From Macrostomum lignano (lineage: Eukaryota), in assembly GCA_002269645.1 (NCBI GenBank), contig NIVC01001743.1:62001-126000 (forward strand): 64,000 nt of DNA, given 5' to 3'. The translations under genes and the position numbers were made by a program. The notes beneath the pieces are model-generated. The model was not told the origin of the DNA and did no database searches. It was given only the letters and a program-made list of their open reading frames with translations. Positions within the stretch are counted from its first letter, which is position 1; every line of letters starts with the position of its first letter. Positions 46,533-57,106 of the stretch are shown here, one piece after another.

Positions 46533-47816
46533 TCACTCCTCCTTGGGCTCGGCATCAGCAGCGGCGGCGGCGGCGGCGGCTGCAGCATCTGCAGGCTTCG
46601 AGGTGCTGTTCTGCGAGCTACCAGCGTTGGACTCGCCGTCTTTCTTGGCCTTGTCTTCCTCCTTGCGCTGCCAGGGCACGCTGAGGTAGAAGAAGTTCGA
46701 CTCGCGGTGATACGGCAGCACCATGTTCTTGAGCTCGGCGAACTCCTCGACATACTTCTTGATCCGTTCGGCCTTCTTGCGGTTAAGCACCACAGGCTGG
46801 GTGCCGTCCGCGATCAGCGTGGTCTTAGCCGTGGCGTAGTCGTCCTTGAACGAGTCGTACAGCTTGTCCATCTTCTTCGGGTCCAGCTGGTGCAGCTTCT
46901 TGGCCTTCAGGTCGTTGATCTCGTCCCGGATCTCCGTCATGTCCGTGTTCTGCGCGGTGAAGACGTTGGCCAGGTTGTCCTCCTTGCTGGTCTCGTAGAA
47001 GCTCTGCATCTTCTCGAACACCTTGATCCTGGTGCGCACGTGGCTGACCAGGTTGTTCAGCTTGCTCTCCTCGTCCTTGCCATCGTTCATCAGCTGGTTG
47101 TAGTCGGGGAAGATGCTGAGCTCCATGTCCGTGCGGCTCGTGTCTGTCGAGAACAGCGCAGCCAGGCCCTTGCCCTCCGAGGTCTTCAGGATCTTCTCGT
47201 CGAAGGAGCGGAACACCGACTGGTCGGCCTTGCGCATGTTGTCGGTGAACTTGGCCAGACCGGTCTTCTGCGCGCTCTCCTGACCCTTGGCCTTGGCCTT
47301 GGCCGGGCTGGCGCCGCCTTCTGCTTTGGCGTCGGCGCCGTCCGCGCTGTCCGGGCTCGCGCCACCGCCAGGCGTCTTCTTTCGTCGGCGCCGTTTTTTG
47401 CGCTTCTCGCCTGCGCTGGCGGCGTCTTTTTCGTCTGCGATCGGCTCGCCGAAGGGCGACAGGAACAGCGGGTAGGCCTCGGCCAGGGTCATGTCCTTGT
47501 TCTTGTCGTTGCCAGTCTCTTTGTTAAGGAAGCAGTAGCGCTCCTGAAGCAGGTAGAACATCTTCATCTTGAAGAAGAGCGCCTTCTCGTCGGGGCTGAG
47601 GAAGGACGGCTGCGTGAGGTCGGCGGTGGCCGAGGTGAAATCGGTGGGGCCGGCCTCCATCTTGCAGAGGTTCCGCATGATCCTCTTGCAGTCATCTGTC
47701 AGTATGAGGTTCTCGTTGCGCTTGTCAATCACAATGTCGCGGTCTTTGATGTTCACCCGCATTACTCCATCGTCTGGGCCGACGGAGACCCGCTTCTGAG
47801 AGGGTTGCTCAGCCAT
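46533..47816 (-). CDS. intronless 427-aa protein of unknown function with a basic NLS-like motif
   Basis: Uninterrupted ORF with strong G/C third-position bias (AAG, GAG, GAC, TTC, CTG), an AG acceptor 11 nt before the ATG (CACAG|GATCGCAAGCCATG), KRKKRRRRKK and a poly-Ala tail typical of the host genes. No recognisable domain. Confidence 0.85.
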   Translation of the reverse strand: MAEQPSQKRVSVGPDDGVMRVNIKDRDIVIDKRNENLILTDDCKRIMRNLCKMEAGPTDFTSATADLTQPSFLSPDEKALFFKMKMFYLLQERYCFLNKETGNDKNKDMTLAEAYPLFLSPFGEPIADEKDAASAGEKRKKRRRRKKTPGGGASPDSADGADAKAEGGASPAKAKAKGQESAQKTGLAKFTDNMRKADQSVFRSFDEKILKTSEGKGLAALFSTDTSRTDMELSIFPDYNQLMNDGKDEESKLNNLVSHVRTRIKVFEKMQSFYETSKEDNLANVFTAQNTDMTEIRDEINDLKAKKLHQLDPKKMDKLYDSFKDDYATAKTTLIADGTQPVVLNRKKAERIKKYVEEFAELKNMVLPYHRESNFFYLSVPWQRKEEDKAKKDGESNAGSSQNSTSKPADAAAAAAAAAADAEPKEE

Positions 47817-48069
47817 GGCTTGCGATCCTGTGTTCCCTTGTTTTGCTTTTGCAAGCTGCTTCTTTACACGGGGCCCAGCAGATTATTTTCTTTCAAGCCG
47901 ATTGACACCTCCTGTACAACAGACTGAGTTGCCTTATATAATTGCACTCGTTCCAGCTCTGCCTCGATACACCGTTGCCTTTCAAGTTGTGCCATAGACA
48001 TCAGATTAATATCTGATTCCGAATTTTATACTGACTCTTATAGGCGCATTTAGTATGGGAATCTTAGAC

Positions 48070-48395
48070 ACAGAAATTCCAGATTGATCGAGAGGGACCA
48101 CAGGAATTCCCGATTCAACCACAACCAAAGGGATTCCCGATTCAGATAGGGGAATTCCCGATTCAGATAGGGAAATTCCCGATTCAGCCACAAGCAAAGG
48201 AATTCCCGATTCAACCATAACCTAAGGAACTCCCGAGTAAGATGGGGAATTCCCGATTAAGACGGGGAATTCCCAAATCAGTCAGAGCCAAAGTGATTAG
48301 TTAGGGCCAAAGAGATTTCAAGATTCAGATAGGGGGATTTCGGATTAGGTCAGAACATTCAGAAGCAAAGGGATTCAAAAAGGAATTCCCGATTC
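48070..48395. repeat. degenerate ~20-bp repeat with a GGGAATTCCC palindromic core
   Basis: About 10 GG(A)ATTCCC cores. Perfect GGGAATTCCC at 48150, 48245 and 48265, and GGGAAATTCCC at 48170. Confidence 0.8.
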
Positions 48396-49110
48396 TAATT
48401 TTAGCTTTGTCGTACAAGTTTTGACCAAAAATTTCAGAGAATTTTAATGGATAAAAGCATCAAAAACAACAAGCCACGCTCGTAATTGGAGTTCAGCAGA
48501 ACCAATTAAGTAAAAGAATCGCCTCATCAGCCGGTCCACCCTAAATGAGTGTAATATAATTGGATAGAACCTACACTTAATACAACACCTTATAAAAGTT
48601 CAATTTGGGTTTAAATAGACAAAAAGGGAAAATCTGAATAGCAAACACACAGCCAAATAGTTGTATAACTGGTTGCTAAGGGCTTTCGATCCTGCACTCG
48701 GCTGATGAAATTAGCATTCAATACATTGGCATTCGGGATTTGCTTGCGAGTAAAAAACTCCAAGGATAAATGACAAAAAATTTTAACAGCAAAACAGATA
48801 GCATCATCATTTCTCACAAGCAGCATAACTAGAATGATAATAATTAGAATTTGGCCTAAAAATTGAAAATTAATTCCGACTTTGTATGCATAAAATTGCA
48901 AATAATCAGGAGCACTAATGTAGGTACCTTTCTACCTGAATTAATAGATTTAAATCGAAGTTGCTATTCTGTTTGGAAGGCGTATAATTAAGGTATAAAT
49001 AACAATTTCATGCAAAAAGGCTTACTGTAAATACAACAACAGAGAACTAAATATTCTGGAATATTATTGTTAAATTTAAAGGGTAGGACAGGCCCTTATT
49101 ATAGGGATGA

Positions 49111-49377
49111 ATGAGAAAATCGCTATCTACATTGGAGAGGATGGTGGTGTACGCAGGAGCCAGGAGGACTTCGTATGATATGTACATACCGGGTAGAGAA
49201 CTTAGCCTAAAAAGGGTCGAAGAAAAGCGGTTTGCTATGTACATTAGGGATCATGTGTACATTGAAGCTGAGATTGTAAATGGCTACGTGTGTACACTCG
49301 TTCTAGTTAAAAGGTTCCCGGAGCTATTTTTAGCATCAGCGTACACCACCACCCCATTTTCATTCCCAAAACAATAA
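49111..49377 (+). mobile_element. possible APE-endonuclease fragment of a non-LTR retrotransposon
   Basis: YDMYIPGRELSLKRVEEKRFAMYIRDH..ELFLASAYTTTP loosely resembles the LINE endonuclease pattern IPGY..R...GGGVAxYxR...+xSxYRPP. Confidence 0.35.
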
Positions 49378-49960
49378 TATCGATCATTCCTTACCCCTTG
49401 AGTTGGGGTCGCCAGTTAATTATCGATTGATAGAGTTTTTAGTCACTGTTTTTGTTCGATAAATAAATATAAAATCATCGAAACATGTATGAATGAAAAC
49501 AAAAATGGATAAAAGGAAGACTGACACAAATAATTGATAAAATACATACACTTACTGGCGACACGGTTAGCTTAATTTTAAGACAAGTATATTGGAATTT
49601 TTATATTGTTTTTTTCAAAGAGAAAAACAACTACAAAATCTGGCGCATTCACTGTGAACAAAGAAAGGTGAAACGATTTGCAGCAGAAGTACATTCATTA
49701 GCTTATAAGAATCACAGAATAACAGACGGCTACATTTGTGACCGAATTCTAATTAGAAAGCTCACGAAATGATTGGCAAACTCTTAACAGACTGACAGTG
49801 TCGCTTCATTCTGTATCAACAAAGAATATTTAAAAAATAACTACAAAGCAGACTGCTGGACATCATACCAAGACTTTGCAATAAGTATTATAATATTAGA
49901 TTTAGATAGATAAACGTTGTTGATTTCTATAGTTATTTGCACCTGTACTTCCTTAAACAG

Positions 49961-50822
49961 TTAATAGGAGAAGGTGTCCAAAGCCGCTTGAAGTTTGTTG
50001 GCGATCTGAAAGATTATATAAGAGAAATATTAAATTTAACAGTTCGTTTAATTTTTAAATTTACAACCAAACTAAACGAAGCAAACGGGAAGTGACTGAG
50101 ACACGGAGTGACTGAGACAGGGAGTGACAGAGACAGGGAGTGACTGAGACAGGGAGTGACTGAGACACGGAGTGACTGAGACAGGGAGTGACAGAGACAG
50201 GGAGTGACAGAGACAGGGAGTGACAGAGACAGGGAGTGACTGAGACAGGGAGTGACAGAGACAGAGAGAGACAGAGACAGGGAGTGACAGAGACAGGGAG
50301 TGACAGAGACGGGGAGTGACAGAGACAGGGAGTGACTAAAAAGGAGTGACTGAAATAAAGCGTCAGTGCCGCTCACCTCCTGGTGGAAGCGCACCTGCTC
50401 CCGCAGGAAGTTGGCCATCATGGCTTTGTAGTCGGCGTCCACTTCGCGCCGGAAGTTATTCATCTCAGCGCACTGGGCGGCGCTGACCAAAGCGGCCCGA
50501 CGCGTGGTCTCCTGGGCTTCGGCCGGCGAGATGCGGCCCTCCTCCAGGCCGCGCTGGCAGTCGCGGGCGGTGGCGATGGAGCCGCGGCCGATGCTGATGA
50601 CGGCCGGCAGGCAGGAGATCAGGCCGCTGTACTCATGCAGCGCCTCGGCCAGCTGGTCCGAGTCCGAGCGGGGCTGCTGCGCCCACAGCTCCGACACCTG
50701 CTGATAGGACTGCCCGGCTGCGTGCATGGCCTGGGACAGCTGGTCCAGCTCTGCGGGGGGGGGGCGGACAGGCTGGGACAGACAGACAGACAGACAGACA
50801 GAAGACAGACAGACAGACACTA

Positions 50823-50859
<37 letters not shown>

Positions 50860-50882
50860 CACAGACAGACACACAGACACTA

Positions 50883-50947
<65 letters not shown>

Positions 50948-51156
50948 CACAGACAGACAAACAGACATTAAGACAGAGAGACAGACAGACAGACAGACAC
51001 ACAGACACACAGACAGACAGACAGACAAACAGACACTAAGACAGACAGACAGACAGACACACAGACAGACACACAGACAGACAGACAGACAGACACACAG
51101 ACAGACAGACACACAGACAGACAGACAGACATTAAGACAGAGAGACAGACAGACAC

Positions 51157-51203
<47 letters not shown>

Positions 51204-51240
51204 CTAAGACAGACAGACAGACAGACACACAGACAGACAC

Positions 51241-51279
<39 letters not shown>

Positions 51280-51322
51280 CACAGACACACAGACAGACAG
51301 ACACACAGACAGACACACAGAC

Positions 51323-51357
<35 letters not shown>

Positions 51358-54300
51358 CACAGACAGACAAACAGACACTAAGACAGACAGACAGACAGAC
51401 AGGCAGATAGACGGACAGACAGACAGCAGTTACTCACTGTTATTCGGCACCAGACAGGCCGCCTTCTCCATAGCAAAGCAGGCGTCAGCAATTCTTGAAT
51501 ACTCTTTCCTAATATTATTTTCGCATTTCTTCGAATGCGACAGAGCGGTGTCCATGGCCAGCCGGGTGGCCGTGTCCATCTCGGTGGCGAATCCGTCGAA
51601 CGCATCGGTGTAGCGCTCCATGTCGGTGAGGTCGCAGGGGGCCGACAGGCGGATGGTGTGGTACACCTGACCCCGACTCAGCTTGTCCTGCTCGGCCCGG
51701 CGTTTGCCTTCTTTCCAGCGTTTGCCCTCGTCGGTGCAGGTTAAGAAATGTTGGAATACCAGCGACGGGCCGGTGACGGGATGGGCGGACATCCGGTTCA
51801 TCCAGCACTGCAGCTGGCGCATCCGAGCGTTGATGAAACTCTCCTCGTAGCGGCCTGATAGAGCAAGAGATAAAATATTTTTGAAAATTTTCTCAATTAC
51901 AAGAAATGCGCTATCGTGCTTCTCTCAGTACAAACAACGAGTTGACTTACTAAAGTAAAATTAAAAGGCGACAAAGATTTTAACGTCGATTTTTACGTAC
52001 ATGAAAAATAAAACAATACGGTGGTTGTTAAACAATTATACAACTGGGTGAAAAAACTTAACACATATGATCAAAGATAATCACATATTATGTACCTCAT
52101 TTTACGCTATTTCCTCGGCGATTTCACTTTGAACAGATGTCTTGTAAAAATTAAGGTCACGCTTGTTGGTTATTTTTTCCACTGAGAGTAGCGCGTAACA
52201 CAAGAGTTAAGCATTGACTGTCAACTAAAGAGGGTTGGCTGATTGTGAAAATGGGGTGGGGCTGAATTGGATCGCCAATAAAATACACAGATAACAACCC
52301 AGCAGAGGATCGATAAGGGTGTGATAATGGGGTGGGGCTGAATTGGATCGCCAATAAAATACACAGATAACAACCCAGCAGAGGATTGATAAGGGTGTGA
52401 AAATGGGGTGGGGCTGAATTGGATCGCCAATAAAATACACAGATAACAACCCAGCAGAGGATCGATAAGGGTGTGATAATGGGGTGGGGCTGAATTGGAT
52501 CGCCAATAAAATACACAGATAACAACCCAGCAGAGGATTGATGAGGGTGTGAAAATGGGGTGGGGCTGAATTGGATCGCCAATAAAACACACAGATAACA
52601 ACTTAGCAGAGGATTGATGAGGGTGTGAAAATGGGGTGGGGCTGAATTGGATCGCCAATAAAATACACAGATAACAACCCAGCAGAGGATTGATGAGGGT
52701 GTGAAAATGGGGTGGGGCTGAATTGGATCGCCAATAAAATACACAGATAACAACCCAGCAGAGGATCGATAAGGGTGTGATAATGGGGTGGGGCTGAATT
52801 GGATCGCCAATAAAACACACAGATAACAACTTAGCAGAGGATTGATGAGGGTGTGAAAATGGGGTGGGGCTGAATTGGATCGCCAATAAAATACACAGAT
52901 AACAACCCAGCAGAGGATTGATGAGGGTGTGAAAATGGGGTGGGGCTGAATTGGATCGCCAATAAAATACACAGATAACAACTTAGCAGAGGATTGATAA
53001 GGGTGTGAAAATGGGGTGGGGCTGAATTGGATCGCCAATAAAATACACAGATAACCACCCAGCAAAGGATTGATAAGGGTGTGAAAATGGGGTGGGGCTG
53101 AATTGGATCGCCAATAAAATACACAGATAACAACTTAGCAGAGGATTGATAAGGGTGTGAAAATGGGGTGGGCTGAATTGGATCGCCAATAAAATACAGA
53201 TAACAACCCAGCACAAGATCGATAAGGGTGTGAAAATGGGGTGGGGCTGAATTGGATCGCTATTAAAACACGCAGATAACAACTTTGTCACCCCCAGCTG
53301 TCACCAGAAATAAATTAATTTGTTTTATAGTTTTTAGAAAAATATTTTTAGTTAAGAATCCAAATATTATTATTTAGTTTAAACGATTTCACCATTAATT
53401 CGTGTGGTCAACTGGTTTGAAGTGCGAAGGCGTAGAATTAATTAATATATCTTGATTAAATGGTTTTAGAAAATCTAACCTTATCTCAAGCAAACAGAGT
53501 GATAAAAACACACTGTAGACTACACCAAATATGACGAAAAATAGGGAAATTTTACATAAACTATTTTTTGTATCTACACTACTGAAAGACGTGGCATAAA
53601 ACAAAAGATGATAACAGATACCTCGAATATTTTAACAAATTTATTATACGATTAAATTACTCAATTTGGCATTCTCGAGGTACAAATGGCCCAATTTGTT
53701 GTAGGCGCTGCTTCTCGAACTCGCCGCATTGCCTAATAGTTAATTACAGCAATAATATTATTCAATAATATTATCTGCAGAGCAACATTTTTAGATTCTC
53801 CGAAATATTAATAGGCAATAAATTTATAAAAGCAGTCACGGTGCTCACCTGTCACCTGTTTGTCGGGCAGCGGGGCACCGCCACGCAGGGAAACTTGTCG
53901 CACAGCTGCTTGTGCAACCAGTCAAAGTGCTTGTAGCGCCTGCTGACCACTAGATCAGGGTTCGCCTGATGATTGGGGATGGAAGGATGGATAAGTGAAG
54001 GTGGGGTGGCGGATTAGTGAGGATGGGATGGAGGATTAGTGAGGATGGAGTGGCAGATAAGTGAGGATGAGGTACACTAGCGGATTGGTAAGGATAGGAT
54101 AGCGGATTAGTGAGGATGGGATAGCGGATTGGTAAGGATAGGATAGCGGATTAGTGAGGATGGGATAGCGGATTAGTGAGGATGGGATAGCGGATTAGTG
54201 AGGATGGGATAGCGGATTAGTGAGGATGGGATAGCGGATTAGTGAGGATGGCATAGCGGATTAGTGAGGATGGGATAGCGGATTAGTGAGGATGGGATAG

Positions 54301-57106
54301 CGGATTAGTGAGGATGGGATAGCGGATTAGTAAGGATGGGATAGCGGATTAGTGAGGATGGGATAGCGGATTAGTGAGGATGAGGTAGCGGATTAGTGAC
54401 GATTAGAAAGTGGTAAGCGGATTAAAGCGGAGTAGCGGACTAGAGCGGACAAGGAAGCAAACTAAGAGATTAGATATAAAAGTACAAGGAATGGTAGCTT
54501 CCCCAAAAAGACAATCAGTGTGCTCAGCAACACGCACCGAAGTGGAGATCTGGTAGGCAATGTAGCTCTTCAGACCCCTCATTTTGCTGGCCTTGGACGG
54601 ATCCGTGACCTTGCAGGTGAAGGCCTGCTCCCGAGGCTGCCAGGCCAGCTCTTGACCGTCAAGCTGAGTTGCAAATAAATCAATGTTATTATGCACCAAG
54701 CTATCAGATTTCCTAAATGAAATCTGTAATGATGAATTTGGCTAGATAGAACTCACAACAACTGTCACAGTGTCAACGTCTGTCACGGGGGCACCTCGTC
54801 CGTCAGTAAAAATTCCTTGATGCCAGCAACTCTGAGGTGATAAAAATACAAAAATTCCGAGTTCACAGTCTTCAGAATCAGAGACAAAATTTTTAATAAG
54901 GCCCAGAAACTGAGGGATCTGAGAGGCTGGCCCAGCAACTGAGGGATCTGGGAGGCTGGCCCAGCAACTGAGGGATCTGGGAGGCTGGCCCAGCAACTGA
55001 GGGATCTGGGAGGCTGGCCCAGCAACTGAGGGATCTGGGAGGCTGGCCCAGCAACTGAGGATCTGAGAGGCTGGCCCAGCAACTGAGGGATCTGGGAGGC
55101 TGGCCCAGCAACTGAGGGATCTGGGAGGCTCACCCAGCAACTGAGGATCTGGGAGGCTGGTCCAGCAACTGAGGATCTGGGAGGCTGGCACAGCAACTGA
55201 GGGATCTGGGAAGCTCACCCAGCAACTGAGGATCTGGGAGGCTGGCCCAGCAACTGAGGGATCTGGGAAGCTCACCCAGCAACTGAGGATCTGGGAGGCT
55301 GGCCAAGAAAACTCAACCGCAGCAAACGCACGAGGCTACAACAGTACACCAGTCTATTTTTATCGTGCAGAAAGGGCGGATTTCACTTGCAAGAGTGCAG
55401 CAATGGAAAAAGAAGCGATATATGTCTATGCATTTCATTCACCATATTAAGTAAACAGCAAGTCGTCGTGCATAAAAGAAACTGCACAGGAGACAGCAAT
55501 AATTTGAAGTAGACAGAATGCCATACAAGTCCTTTAAATATTAAATATATCTATGATTATCACAGAGAGTGACAATAGGCTGGAATCCCCCCCCAAAAAT
55601 GGGATTCACTTGTAACCAAGGAAAATCCCTCACTTAGGCAGGCCGCGGATGGTCTTTCGGTTGTTGGCCTCAGCCGAGGTGGTGGACAGCGTGCTGGAGA
55701 CCGCCTTGCGCAGGGCTGGGGCGCCAGCGGGACCCTGCGGTTGTGGGCGAGTAAGGCAGCAGCAGTGGGGCAACGTGGGATGAACTGGAGCAGCCTTCTG
55801 TCCGCTTTCTTGACCTCCTTTATCCGCCCTCTAGTGACCTCTCTTATCCACCCTGTAGTGACCTCCCCATATCCGCCCTGTAGTGACCTCCCCATATCCG
55901 CCCTGTAGTGACCTCCCCATATCCGCCCTGTAGTGACCTCCCCATATCTGCCCTGTAGTGACCTCCCCATATCCGCCCTTTGATGACCTCCCTTATCCAC
56001 CCCTCTGGTGACCTCCCTTATCCACCCCTCTGGTGACCTCCCTTATCCACCCCTCTGGTGACCTCCCTTATCCACCCCTCTGGTGACCTCCCTTATCCAC
56101 CCCTCTGGTGACCTCCCTTATCCACCCCTCTGGTGACCTCCCTTATCCACCCCTCTGGTGACCTCCCTTATCCACCCCTCTGGTGACCTCCCTTATCCAC
56201 CCCTCTGGTGACCTCCCATATCCGCCCTCTAGTGACCTCCCTTATTCTAATCCCTGACTTCTCTAATCTTCCCTATGGACTTTTAATCCACGATTTAGAC
56301 ATAACTGCTAATCCTCACCATCTCAAATTCCTCAATCGGCACTAGCTGATCCCTAATCCTCCAATTCCGCATTCTCACCTGCCCAGGTGTCCCAGCAACC
56401 GAGAAGCGACTACCCTGGCCCGCCCGATTGGTGACTGCAGCTCCGCCGCCGCCTCTAGCGACATTACGCGGGGTCACGGCGCTGGCACCGCCGTCATCGT
56501 CATCGGAGCTCCAGCTCTCATCAGCGAAGAAGCTCTCCTTCGGCGGTGGCGGAGCTACTGGCGAGGCCTGCTGCTGCTGGAACTGCTGGTAGTGCCGCGG
56601 CTGCGGAGCCAGGTTCTCGTAGGATGGCGGCGGCGGGGGCGGCGGCGGCGGCGGTGGGGGTATCGACGGCTCAGGAGGCGACAGCAGCTCAACGAAGCTC
56701 TCGGGTATGTAGCCCTCCTGACCAGAGGCAGACCGGCCGAGCCACCAGCCTTCATAGCCGTCGCCGACGTACTGCAAATTAGTTTTGGTTAGAAAGAAAA
56801 TGCAACTTACCTATGAAAGAAACCGAAGCACAATCAACGTAATTTTGGGTAAACAATAAGAGTAACTATAACTGTACTGTCAAGGATAAATGCCTCGTCA
56901 GCTAATTAGTACTACATCTGTATTATTTGTGTGGACATTTTTGTGACTTAGTAGGGCTGGATTTTGCGCATGTACAAGCATATGTCTAAGGAGGCAGCAG
57001 CATTGATCCAATTCACACTCACCTGAGAAACAACAGTCAAAACTTCGCCAGTACGAAACGACAATTCATCCTCATTTTGAGAAGCAAAGTCGTACATTGC
57101 TCTGGC
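49961..57106 (-). CDS. SNX9: sorting nexin 9/18/33 family (SH3-PX-BAR), first coding exon not located; two apparent -1 frameshifts
   Basis: Exons 57023-57106, 56379-56771, 55634-55734, (55318-55335), 54757-54831, 54538-54663, 53849-53965, 51438-51854, 50377-50750 and 49961-50005. SH3 [25 protein letters not shown]; [37 protein letters not shown]; [18 protein letters not shown]; [23 protein letters not shown]|IANKL. The symbol is family-level only. Confidence 0.92.
50090..50350 (+). repeat. 16-bp repeat (GAGACAGGGAGTGACT/A) in the last SNX intron
   Basis: Direct reading. Confidence 0.92.
50775..51425 (+). repeat. (GACA)n microsatellite filling an SNX intron
   Basis: Direct reading. Confidence 0.97.
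52245..53285 (+). repeat. 76-bp minisatellite, about 13-14 copies, in an SNX intron
   Basis: Unit GGGTGTGAAAATGGGGTGGGGCTGAATTGGATCGCCAATAAAATACACAGATAACAACCCAGCAGAGGATTGATAA. Confidence 0.96.
53975..54410 (+). repeat. 22-bp minisatellite (GAGGATGGGATAGCGGATTAGT)
   Basis: Abuts the acceptor at 53966. Confidence 0.95.
54905..55310 (-). repeat. 29-30-bp minisatellite related to the SCAI intron 8 array
   Basis: Sense (minus-strand) unit TCAGTTGCTGGGCCAGCCTCCCAGATCCC. Confidence 0.93.
55820..56240 (+). repeat. 25-bp minisatellite (CCTTATCCACCCCTCTGGTGACCTC)
   Basis: Direct reading. Confidence 0.95.

Noticed and set aside
46362-47927. 521-aa plus-strand ORF
   Set aside because: Antisense shadow of the strongly G/C3-biased 427-aa minus-strand ORF.
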